A stretch of 63,952 bases of DNA, counting the filler, from Platydemus manokwari (Eukaryota): assembly GCA_037951405.1 (NCBI GenBank). It is 6 parts of 6 records of this genome, joined end to end, with 100 filler letters (N's around TTAATTAATTAA, not from the genome) between each part and the next. Parts side by side here need not be neighbours in the genome. Positions count along the whole stretch, not along the records: positions 1 to 10,269 come from JBBMOY011151438.1; positions 10,370 to 22,084 come from JBBMOY010502220.1; 4 more parts are not named here. The stretch is one strand, 5' to 3'. The notes under the pieces are model-generated. The model did no database searches. It worked only from the letters and a program-made list of their open reading frames with translations, and was not told the origin of the DNA. Each line of letters starts with the position of its first letter. Position 1 is the stretch's first letter. A program made the translations under genes and the position numbers. Below, in pieces: positions 1 through 11,984 of this stretch.

Positions 1-1000
1 ATACATGTAAAATTCTTTAGTCAACAATCTTTTAATATTTACATTATTAATAGATATTACAACATCAGTGCTTTCGTTGGATAAACTTATGAAGGCACAT
101 TTGTCAGGACGGTATTGTAAACCTCCCCATTCAGTTATCTCAACAGCTTTACCGATTAGTTTTTGGAGATCAGGAGTATTATTGGCAATCAAAGCGATAT
201 CATCAGTGTAAGTTAGAACCTTAACAGAGCTAATTCCTATTGAGAAATTGGGAATTGATAAAATTTTAATGGCTTCAAGTACTTGGTTAATTGCCAAAGC
301 AAACAGAGTCATCGTCATAGGACAGCCATGTTCGACTCCTCTTTGAATAGGCAAGTCCGGTTTAGTAATAGGTCCGCATACATAGAATGAATTTATATCA
401 GTGTAGGACAATTCAATAATATCGACAAAACGCAGCAGACCCATAGATATTTATGTGGGACACTGGGAAAGGCGTTTGCAATGTCAAGCCAAGCAACAGA
501 AATGGACAAATGCCTAGTATATTTTGAATGTTTAAAAGCAGCATTTAGAATGGCGTTATGTTCAATACAACCCCTCATATTTAGAACCGCCTTTTTGACA
601 TCTGTTGAGCAAGTTATTATCTCTAATCCAATGCTCTAATCTTCTAGTCAAGATTGATGAAAAAATCTTGCATGAAGTTGATAAGAGAGCTATTGGTCGC
701 CAGTAATTTATGTTTTTATACTGGTCATCTTTACTTGGTTTTGGAATGAGGTTTGTATTAAACTTTCGCCAATCGTCTGGAAATTTATGAGTCAAAATGA
801 CTTTATTAAAAAGGTGAATTAAAAGAATACCTTCAGAGTCTAAAAGTGAAAGGTCACGGTATGTAATTTTGTCACCACCAGGTGAGGTATTATCTGCGGA
901 TTTAAAGATAGAGAATTTCACTAGGGTGAATGGGTTCTTACTCTAATTTATCAATTGCGGTTTTACAATACCCATTATTATAATCCCATTAGGTTGAGCT
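1..1000 (-). mobile_element. Degenerate non-LTR retrotransposon reverse transcriptase (R2/NeSL-like, restriction-like-endonuclease group), continues off the window
   Basis: Minus-strand frames give WRPIALLSTSCKIFSSILTRRL..RCQKG, EGCIEHNAIL..VAWLDIANAFPSVPH, IQRGVEHGCPM and LTYTDDIAL (YADD equivalent, ~199-210); several frameshifts. Confidence 0.88.
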
Positions 1001-1329
1001 GGGTTTTCATGAGAGCAGTATATGAGATTTTGGAGGTCTAAACATTACTAAGATCGTGGAGGTCTGAATCAATTTATCTAAATTAAGAAAGTTTTTCAGA
1101 TAATCCGTACATCCATCAAATATGGCAGTGGTTAAGGTATAATCTATAAACACTACGTTGTTCGACGTAATGTAATGTTTAGAGAATTTATTAAAAATAC
1201 TTTCTTTAATTATAAAGTTTAGTCTACTATAATTGGCATTATTATTCCACTACCACCTAATTATGATATATGATTCACTTTACCACATTGGGTAATGAAT
1301 TTTGGGTCAATTTTGATGATTCGTTTGAT

Positions 1330-1860
1330 TATATAACTTACAAATAAACTATAAGCACATACAAATGGACCACAACCATAACAATTTTTCTGTCTGGAGA
1401 TATTTGCATGCGGATTGTCGATAATACTAACTTTTGTCTAAAGATATCGTTTAATTTTCTATTCAAATTTCCTACCAGTTCAAAAGCTATTTCCGGTTTA
1501 TAAGGAGTTTTAAGTGGATACATTATAAAAGACTCCAGAGATTCTCTATTATACACAAAAAGAACCCAATGTCTATTTAAAATATTCAGAGGGCACACTA
1601 GTGTGATTGATTCGAAAAACAGGCTTGAGAGAACTGGAGTAATCTCAGACTTACTTTCAGCTAGTGCACTGACTAAGACAGGGTTAACACCAAAATGATG
1701 TTCATTCACGATTTTTCTATCATGATACAATTTGATATCGACATCGGTAAACCATGCACTACGTTCAAACCTCACCGGTTTCTCAGCAATTTCATCAAGT
1801 GTGCTATCTACACCAGTAAGATCTACTTGATCATAAATGATCTCAACTGGTGTAGGCACA
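1330..1860 (-). pseudogene. Ulp1/C48-like cysteine protease domain of the same non-LTR element, upstream of RT
   Basis: WFTDVDI, PLNILNRHWVLFVY (catalytic His) and, after a frameshift, SRQKNCYGCGPFVCAY (Q-x-N-x-x-D-C-G type motif). Confidence 0.75.
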
Positions 1861-1899
1861 ATTTGTCAATCCTGGGGTGAGCCAATTTTGTTTCAGCAG

Positions 1900-2720
1900 A
1901 CTTCCTGGATAAGGGTTTACTAAGGCACCAGCAACGCTTTCAAAATTTAATCATCGTTTACTGGATGTTTTGTTATTCAATGTTTGTTATTCGATGACAT
2001 ATTGATATATACCGAAACAAGGAAAGAACATGTAGCTATGTTAGAAGAAGTGTTCTGGTGCACCCATGCTTATAGATTTAAGAAAAGTGTAGATAAATGT
2101 ATTTTAATCAGAGAGGGAATTAAACTTTGGTTCATGTCGTAAGCAAAGATAAAGTGAAAACAAATACTGATAAAATTGCTCAAATTACCAATGCTCAAGA
2201 ATCATAAGACTCAAGTCAAAGTTAATATCATTTTTAGGTCATACAAATTACTACAGAAAATTCATCACGAATTATACAAATATAGCATCATCTTTGTATG
2301 TCGTGATATTTGGAAATCATAGAACTTTACAATGGACCAAAGCATATCTTGAAAATTTGACTAAACTGAATACAGCTTTATGTGAAGCACTCATTGTGGA
2401 TTGTGCTTGAGAAATCAGAACAATTATTATTTATTTAGACACAGGTTATGAAGTAATTGGTGCAATGTTTATTCAGATTGCAGAAGATGGATCAGAAATA
2501 GGGATTGTTTGGGGTTGTTAAAGAACCAAGAAAAAGGTTACTAGATGTCAAGGAAAGATTATTTGACCATTCACAAATTTTTAATGTATATCTGGCAATA
2601 TCTTTACCAGAAGAGATTTGTTATACGGTCAGATCATAAAGCCTCAGTATTTTTAAATTCAACAAAAAAATTAAATATTCTTTAGTTTCAAACGTGTACG
2701 GATTATCTCGGATTAGTGAA
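1900..2720 (+). mobile_element. Ty3/gypsy pol relic (RT C-terminus, connection, RNase H)
   Basis: LFDDILIYTETRKEHVAMLEEVF (~1985-2055), SFLGHTNYYRKFITNYTNIASSLY (~2230-2300), LDTGYEVIGAMFIQ, RSDHKA; many stops and frameshifts. Confidence 0.8.
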
Positions 2721-4394
2721 ACTTGGTGTTCTAAATACCAAAGCAAACATGATTTAGCAAAAATTAAGAAAAAATAAGCTAATTTGCTCAAATTTAGAGT
2801 AAACCAAATATCATCTCGAGAATTTGTATATGACAGACAGCGTTATATATAAAATTATTCAAATTCTTTTCGAGCAATTAGAGGATGACACGTATTTTAC
2901 ATAAAAAAAACTCTTACAAGAAAGTTGAAGATTAACTGAAAATAAGGAATGGTATTCGTGTAAAAGAAAAGAGAATAATACCATTATGATGATCTTAGTG
3001 GATTTTTCCGCTAAGTTCTTCAAATTTATAGATAAAGAGCTATATTACAGAAGGTTTCACTAAACAATTTATCTATTCCTAATTGATTTAACAGCCGCTC
3101 TTTGGATGTATGAACACTTTATTCAATATCATAAAAGAATCAAGAATTTTCAGATTATTATAAGTCTAAGCTGATTAATTTTAAAATTATATTGGGTGTA
3201 ATTCTTTCATTGTTTTCCGCGAAATTGCTGCTTTAGAAGGAACTTATATAATCGGTAAGAATCATTTCCTATTGCTATTGGATTGTCAATTTTGGGAATA
3301 ACCTTTTTAGAAAATCAATGAATATTTTCAACTGGCCATTTAAGGATCTGTTACATTCATCTTTGTAGTCGACGAAATTGCAATCAATTTATCAGTAATG
3401 GAGTTAATAATTTCAATTCAAGTGTTCACTCATAGCAATTAAACTGAGAGGTCTTCATGCAGCTTAATGGTTCTTTCGTCTATATGTTGAATAGAGAATA
3501 ATCTCATGAAAAATAACGGTTCTAGTCATCTTGGAACCATGTCTTGATAATTTCAGTTAGAACCTTGAAAATTAAAACATTGCATGGAAATTGAATACAA
3601 GAAAAATAAGCTATATATGTTGAATCAAAATATTGCATTTTAATTAAAATATTAAAAAATATTTAAATTAGGAAAAGGTTAATTTTTATGTTATCTTATA
3701 CATTTTAATTGGAAGAGAAAATTGTGACAGTGAAAAGACACTCATGAAAATAAAAATAATAAAAGACATGTGCGCAATTAAAATTAAATATGACTATGCA
3801 AATGGAAATATGAAGGAATATAAAAGGAGTTGTCTAAGAAAATGCGAATTAAGTTTTCTCGCACAAATTTTGCAACAACTAAGAAAAAGTAGATACTTGG
3901 AAAAACTAAGGGGTTAAACATAATTTAATCACAAATCAATAATTGGAATTAAATATTATATCAAGTTTGCAGTGATTAGTTTACAGTGATTATCAAAGTG
4001 TTCCATATCAACTCACCAGGGTCGATGAAGACCTGCAGGAGTTTACGTGAGATAAAAAAATTGGGGCGAGTCAATGGTGAAATTTGCAAAAAACAGTATA
4101 ATTGATACAATTTTGATATTTAAAAAATTATGAAAATTTAACCTTGGACCATTATCAAGTATGGATATTCGTTGTCTTTTATATATATACAGTGAATCGG
4201 ACTGGTGTTAAGCTTCTTTCTCGGCAATAAAACTAACCTTATTTATGAGATCATTAGTTTTAAAAAAGAAAATATTTAATAATATAAGTGGGTAATTAGG
4301 CACATATAAATTATATTAAAATGTTTTTTTTTACTTTTTCACATTATAGGAACTTCGCTACTGTTAAAATTTAAATCTTTTACAGTGTATAGCA

Positions 4395-4460
4395 AAGGGT
4401 CTACTCAAAACCGAAAAATATGACAAGGGGTCTACGAGAGAAAAAGTTTGAGAACCTCTG
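4395..4460. mobile_element. Probable hAT (Charlie-like) transposon end
   Basis: Reverse complement starts CAGAGGTTCTCAAACTTTT, typical of hAT TIRs, with two subterminal GGGTCTAC motifs; partner end not found. Confidence 0.4.
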
Positions 4461-7400
4461 GTTTACAAGATTAGTTGTTTCAATTCTGTTTTTCGTAAAG
4501 TATATCACTTTAATTTAATTATTTTAAGAAATATTTTAGGCTCCCAATTTTCCTTCTAGGTTATATGATTTGTACCACTAAGGCAAAACCACAATAGTCT
4601 CTCATAAAACAGGTAGAATACTCAGTCTTAATGATAGGCTCATTATGCTTGTTAAATAAACTTCTAACCACTACTTTTAATGACATAAAACATCTCAACG
4701 ATATGAGCTCGCATAACTATAGCAAAAATTACGTGTGATATATTACTTTTATTGAAATACTGAACATAAACCGCAAACACTTATAACATGAGATAATCGA
4801 CTATTAAATTGAACTGGATTATGCTATGTTACTCGATAGATTACTCGTTTTCTTCTCTGAATCTTTTTTATTTTGATAATTTGATATGTCAGCTTTTTGC
4901 TAAATGCGTATGCAATGCTTTTCCTTTTTTAATTTAATAACAATTAGATATGTCCAAACACTCTTTTTTTATCAATTCTTAACTCACAAATTCACGTAAC
5001 TGGCTTAAACATTAAGTGATTCCATGCATCCAAGCAATTGAGAAAGCAAACTTTCCATAAGGTTTCCACAAGGATCGGGCTCAAAGAGTATAAAGTTTGG
5101 AATATTCATTGTATATTATAAATATATGGTTCTCGGTGCACTCGGAAAATCTTACTCCTTTTTGAACAATGAAAACACATAGATGATAGGTAAATTTGTA
5201 GACAAATAAATTCTTTTCTATTCTTTTCTATTGTTCGCCTGAGTTGAACTGGGCTATCTATATAAGTGACTTTATATATTATTTATAATTTAATAAAAAT
5301 GTGACTATCATATTTTAAACGTAACTTTATAAAGCTTTAGTTTCACCTTATTTAAGTCTCCTGTTTTAATTATTACCCTTTCTTTAAACTTTTATTAATT
5401 ACGACAAATATACATTAAAAATAATATTTACAATTATACAATTTAAATGCTTAAAATGATAATCAAACATCACAGTTTCATATAGATACCCAAACGGCTC
5501 AAACCGTAGAAACTTGAAGCAGTATGGCTGACCACTCAACCCATCAAAAAGAGTCCACCACAAGACTTTATCAAGGTGGTTCATATTCAATTTCCTTATA
5601 TTAAAAGAATTATACCAGAAATATCATTTTTATTTGTCGAATTGATATAATTGATGGCTGGTTTGTAATTATTTCGTTATTTTTTTACATTAATATTATA
5701 AATACATATATGGATAAATTGTATTTGCACTCCAGCATTCCATGTTCATTAACCGAAATCTAATTAGAGATCCTGTAGCAATCAATGTTTCTGATTCACA
5801 CTATCGATAGTCGAATACAAATAATTTAAGCAATGTTATTAAGCAATGTTATAGAATTTAAAGAAGGCATCTCTCACTCATTAAATAATCATAAGTAATT
5901 CACAGAATCGAGCTCAAATAGATTGAAGTATAATTCTGGAGGTGAGTTCAATTGATAATTCAGCTTCAAAAAGTTCAAAGTTGTTGATTTGTCAATGCTT
6001 CGATTAAAATTAAATTTCCCAGTCATTGATAGTTATATGTTATATAACTATTTATATAACTATTCACAAGAAGTACTGAGCGATACGAGTTTTATAAAAT
6101 GAATTATAGATCTTCTCAATTTCAAATCATTAATCCGTTAACTATTAAAGCGATCTAAAGTGGCTTATTTGATTATATACAATTCGGTCCTGAGTAAAAT
6201 CCTAGTAATAATATTCCTAATGCACTAGAAGCCAGTTTGGAAAATATAGGCCAGTGAAATACACATTTATCCAAGAGTGCATAAAAACTATTTCCTGGTC
6301 TCACAAAACTAAGGATTTAGAATAGATGATTACTGTTATAATTTATTTTAAATTTTGTATATGCGTATCTTTCATCGTACGGATTTATTATTTATTTGTT
6401 TTTAGGATTTATAGTATTTATTCATTACTTGGGCGAAAGAAATTTGTTTTAGTAATAAATAAAAAACATTTTAGATTTTCAAATAAATTTAACGTAAATT
6501 AAATGTTCTACTTTGAGGAGTCTATAAAAAGTTGCAATAAACAGCCATATCACGTTTGCTGTTACTTGTCACTTAGACATAAGCACACTTCACCCAAAGG
6601 AGAATTCAACAAAATTTCACGTTCAATTGGACGTCAAATTAACTGGAGTGTGCTGAAAATGGACTCCTGCAACAGCTCACTTGTGGCAATCAATTGGTTA
6701 AAAATAGTATGCCTTTTACTATTTAGAAATCAGTGTCGATAACTTATTGAAGAGAAATACACTTGAGTATTGACACATTAGACTAAAATCAAACTAGCTT
6801 ATGTCTTCGAATATGGATTTTAAGTGATAGTAGATTTAAATGGCAAGAAAACTATCAAGAGATATACGATTGTGTAGCAACACAATGAGTAAGTGTATCC
6901 GTATAGGACTTTTATTTTAAGCGATATTTCTTTTTAACAGGTATTTATATTATGCAATGTTTACAAGCAATTTTAAAAACATAAATAATCAAAGTTTTAT
7001 TAAGATTAATAATTGCTTAAAAATCTGAAAATCGTTATATAAAATTTTATTATACTACCTTTGAATATTTCACTTGAACTTGAAAAGCTATCGATAATAA
7101 TAAGCAAATAAAATTGATTTATTTCAAGCTTAGGTAAAGATTGATTCTATGTAAGTTCCATATCTTAAGGCTTATTTTAAAGATTAATTCAATTTTACAA
7201 CAATCTATCATTTAATTCAACTGCAATCTGTACAAATACGAAGAAATTTATTCATTGGAGAACTAATTAAATTAAATTATCTGAGCACGTTGACAGTTTA
7301 GTTTTAACGAGTTCTTCATCAAGTCATTATATTTATAATAAGAACAATACCGCGAAGATTTATTTATTTATTACAACATCAGATTACTTGAATATTCTAA

Positions 7401-8087
7401 TTTCCACAAGATAATTCACGTATGACTATTTTATAAAAAGATAAAATCTATTAAATACTGAAAATATGGAGTTCGCTCAATCTTTGATTAATTAATTCAA
7501 ACACAAAATATTTGAAATTATCTAAGTCAATTAGTAATATAAAAATAGCATATTATATGAGAAAGCAAAGAATATATAATAAAAAGACAAACTCAAGATG
7601 ACAAATATCGTAAAGTTTACTAAATTTGATTTGCTAATATATTTTATATCCTTTTGTATATCCCATTCTTACATTTGGTTTATCAATTTGAGATTTAAAA
7701 TAGCAATAGTCCACTATTTTTCAATTTCAGAAAAGTACTTAGACTACCTAACAAATGTTATTAATGTTGTCAAATTCTCTTGTATGCTACCTTCATGTAC
7801 TATTCTAATTATTGTTAAATGAAAATTATATTACATTACTAATAATAATTAAAAGTAAAAATATAAACCAACAAATATTGATAGATGTAATTAAAACCCA
7901 CCGACAAGCATCAACAATGTAAAAAATACTTCACTAAACCATGCTGCAAAGACACCAACCGAACAGTCGTAACATCGATACAAGGAATGTCACGAATCAC
8001 TTAAAAAGCAGAAAATTTAAATAAAACGGTGGATTGAATTATGTAAATATTATTATTTGTTTTAAAATTCCAAGTTGTTTCGAATAC

Positions 8088-9306
8088 CTAATTATGGCAT
8101 TCTCTTGCAAAGTGTCCAACTTCGTCACATTTGTGACAAATGACTAAATCGACTGGACAATCGCGTGCAATATGGCCCGATTCATTGCATCTAAAATTTT
8201 ATAATTAATTTTGAAAACAAGGATGTTTTAATGTAGGGATAGGTAGACTTGGAGTAAATTAAAAATTGAAATTTAGTTTTATTCTAAAATCAACTTAAAA
8301 TAATAACGATCTCGATTAATAATTTTCTAATTTATTTATTTATATTTTTATTACAATATTTAAAATGTTAAAATATTTCACAAAAAATAATTATTAAAAA
8401 AAATTAATTTTTTTATTAATTAATATTAACTTTATGAATTTAATTATAAATTAATAAAAAATAGTTTACACGAAGATATTATAAAACGTTTATTTTGTGT
8501 TTATATTATTTTTTAATATTCAATGACTATAATTACATAAAATGATGTTTGAAATAATAAACTTGCAGTTTATCCAGTCACCGTTATTTCTGATTAACGC
8601 TAATTAAATAAAAGAAATCTTAAAAACCAAATCTAAAATAGCCATTCGGTAAACCTCGCTGCAAATTTATTAATATCATGATTATACAAATATCAACAAA
8701 TTTGATAAAATGTACCTAGCTTACAAGTAAGACTCATGAATTAAATCAGAATTCATTGTTCCATTATTAATGAACCCATCTCAATTTTTGTTTACCACAG
8801 ATTTCCCTTACCCGTACACTCAATTTATAATCCTACTTGTAACACACAACACGACGGTTCGGTCCACTGTTATTACCATAACTATTAGAGCAGTCTCTTG
8901 CCAAATGACCTTTTTTGTTGCATTTATAGCAAAGTCTATCATCTTCAATCGCAGACGTACAATCTCTAGCCAAATGATCTTTACCGTTACATCGATAACA
9001 GCTTTTAACAACAGCTTCAGAACAATTTTTCTGAATATGATCACTACTACCACAATTAAAACAACCGTTTTGATTATTTCCCAAAGTACAATCCTTAGCA
9101 ACATGACCTTCTCTACCACATCGGTAACAGTTGCCTCTATTGTTCGATCTTGAGCCACCTCTGTCACGACCTCGAGGATTGCCACGAGATCTACCACCTC
9201 TACTTCCACCTCGACCAACGTTCCGATAACCAGACCCACTTCCATCTTCATTAGGACAATCTCGAGCCATATGTCCTATTTCCTGGCAATTGTAACACTC
9301 AGTCAT
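8088..9306 (-). CDS. CNBP: CNBP/ZNF9-like CCHC zinc-knuckle nucleic-acid-binding protein; join(9306..8837, 8190..8088), 190 aa
   Basis: Seven CX2CX4HX4C knuckles with an RGG box after the first; a GT-AG phase-2 intron (8191-8836) restores knuckle 6 (CYK|CNESGHIARDC); exon 2 ends CHKCDEVGHFARECHN*. Confidence 0.92.
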
Positions 9307-10214
9307 AACTCTAAATATTATATTAACGATAAACTAGAATATCCGCCATGTTGAAATTATAAAAAACTAATTAAGTCAATATAACGAGTAAAAATAAGCT
9401 ATTATATGCTTTAAAAGTAAAATTCAATCAGTGTTCCGTCTTTAATAACATACCTTTCTCAAAACTTCCAAAATATTCGCAAACCCCTAAAATTTCAAAT
9501 TTGTATTATTTATATTTTATATAAACAAACATATGATAGATATTATCAAAACATTACTAATGATTCATATAAAACAAGCTGTAACTAAAATATAATTTTA
9601 TGAAAAATCAAAATTATAAAAGAGTTATATAGCCTACTTATTTTGTTTTCATTTTTAACAAAATTATAGTGAATTGTATTGCTTAAACTTACAAATCGCT
9701 TTTCCAAGTACAGTAAAAACATACCTTATAATTATAAATTAGAGACAAGTAGCTAAACTTTTGTGAGTTTCTATCGAAAAACTTATATTTATAAAATATA
9801 TCTTAAATGAATTTATTTGATTTTTCTTAGCATTTGGTTTTGACAAGACGATTTTTTAATAAATTTCATTATAAGTACTACTAATATTTTTCCTTTAAAA
9901 TTACCGGTGACTGCGTGAACGTGTTGTTGAAAAATGGAATTTATAATCATATTTATTTTATAAAGAATTTTGATAATGATAACAATAATTATGCTAAGAA
10001 TAAATTATTATAATAATTGTTGAAAGTAAGACAGAAAATGAGGTTCGAATACTCAAACAAAGGTATTTTACGACTCAATTACTGGTGCCACTAATAGCGA
10101 ATTTAATAAATTAATTTTTAAAATATCTTATAAAATGCGATAAAGTATTTATGATATATAGTGTTTAGATTGCGCGTTTCGGTTTAAAGCTAGACAATAT
10201 CTCTCTCTCAGTGA

Positions 10215-10257
<43 letters not shown>
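10215..10257. repeat. (TA)n microsatellite at a contig end
   Basis: Direct reading. Confidence 0.95.
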
Positions 10258-10260
<3 letters not shown>

Positions 10261-10269
10261 GTGATACAA

Positions 10270-10369
10270 NNNNNNNNNNNNNNNNNNNNNNNNNNNNNNN
10301 NNNNNNNNNNNNNTTAATTAATTAANNNNNNNNNNNNNNNNNNNNNNNNNNNNNNNNNNNNNNNNNNNN
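10270..10369. other. Assembly spacer: 100-nt N gap with central TTAATTAATTAA (same at 22085-22184, 34022-34121, 43434-43533, 54288-54387; plain N gap at 53533-53704)
   Basis: Identical-length N runs around a palindrome with stops in all six frames; artificial linker. Confidence 0.97.
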
Positions 10370-10810
10370 TTTATCTATTTTCGTCTGATTAGCATAAACG
10401 CACCACTAACTTAATATAATTAAATTTATTTAATTTTCCCATTTTTTCTCTAGTTTTTGATTCCTTTATAAAACACAATTTATGGAATTTTACGGCAAAA
10501 TGCGCCACCTAAGTACTGATAACCTGTTTTTCACTTTAAGGTTGTAATTAAATCAGTAATGAATGTTTCACTTTTACTTCACATTTTCATCAAAGATTTT
10601 TTAAAATCAATTCAAAGCAAAAAATTGTTCAAATTCCAACTTCTCAGTCCTTATGTTCTCCAACTTAGATAATAAAAATTGTGAATTTATAAATGTTTGT
10701 TTCATTAACAATTTTAACTATAAATACCATTCAGTATGCGTTAACAATATAATTTATTAAACATTAATCTTCTGTCTAATTTGGAAAAATCATTTTTCTC
10801 TGTTCTTATA

Positions 10811-11087
10811 GAAAGGCAGAGTGATATCAAAAAACGAAGCTTCAGAATTCGCCAAACAACATAAAATATTCTATAGAGAAGTCAGTGTTCAAAAGAATAA
10901 AGGTATCGATGATGTATTCAATGAAATGGCCTTTAGAATTATTCGAGATAAAAACCTTTGGTCACCTAAATCTAATTCATATAAATTCAAGAATAAACAA
11001 GAATTTAATAGCAAAATTGTGATAAATTCCTCTCAATCTACTCATAAAGCGACTTATTTCAATTTTATTCATTGCACTATTCTTTGA
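10811..11087 (+). CDS. Terminal exon of a Ras-superfamily (Rab-like) small GTPase with CaaX end
   Basis: Acceptor TTATAG at 10805-10810; RVISKNEASEFAKQHKIFYREVSVQKNKGIDDVFNEMAFRI matches the helix 4-G5-helix 5 region; ends CTIL*. Upstream exons not seen. Confidence 0.8.
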
Positions 11088-11984
11088 AATCTTGTCACTT
11101 TGAATATTTGATGATTATTATGAATACTTCATTTTCATGGCTTTTTATAATTAATTTGTTACACATTTATTATATTTTGTATTACATCACATTTTTATAA
11201 AAATGTATATATGATGATACTTGTTACGAAATATAAGCTTTCTATGTATTCGTATTTGGTAAATTGGTTATAATAATTCTGTAATTATAAAAAACCCATT
11301 CTTTTTATAATAAATCAATTTTACCAGATTTATCAATTATGATATATCGCTAATTAGTTGAAAAACGTCCTTTTTAATTATAATTCTTTTATTAGTAAAT
11401 CTTAGAGTAAAAAATTGTACAAGTTAAAATTAAAGACAAGTAAATATAGATAAAATTTTATTTTTAATTATCCATTGGTTGTTTTGCATTAGTTTTATAA
11501 TAACGTTTATCTATTTACTATTTATTTGGTAATCGCTAAACGAGGAAAGTATGAAAACACCTCAAATATTTCGTAAAAACAGTAATAACTTCTTTTCAAA
11601 ATTTGTTATAACATTTTATTTCATTATATATAATGTCACTTTTTAAAAAATATATAAATCTATCGCAAGCCAAATAAGAATTAAAATATATGAAGTTTAA
11701 ATATAATATATCGAAAATCTGGAATATCACTGATTAAGCACACTTTTATTTGACTTGAATAAATTATGTCAAAGTACTTGAATATTTCACATTATTGACT
11801 TGACTCCATTCATATATTTGCAATAGTAATTATTTGATAATAATGATTCAACTCTGAATCATTTTAAATTTTGATTAATTAGATTTTGGTGTTTATTTTT
11901 GAATAATTAAAAAAAGATGTTCATAAAAATCAAGAACAATTTAAAATTCTTTTTATGAAGATAATCAAATTATTCCTCAATATT

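Noticed and set aside
6180-6300. Minus-strand HWPIFSKLASSALGI, similar to a hAT dimerisation domain
   Set aside because: Too short and lacks the ER.FS motif; cannot be supported.
8700-8830. Possible intronic H/ACA snoRNA in the CNBP intron
   Set aside because: An ACA-NNN is present but I could not verify the two-hairpin structure or a target without folding or covariance search.
8770-9251. Overlapping ORFs 8770-9153 (+) and 8820-9251 (-)
   Set aside because: Shadow frames of the repetitive CNBP exon.
8833-9306. CCHC ORF as a retroviral gag/nucleocapsid
   Set aside because: Spliced, intact, seven knuckles plus RGG and no pol nearby: cellular CNBP.
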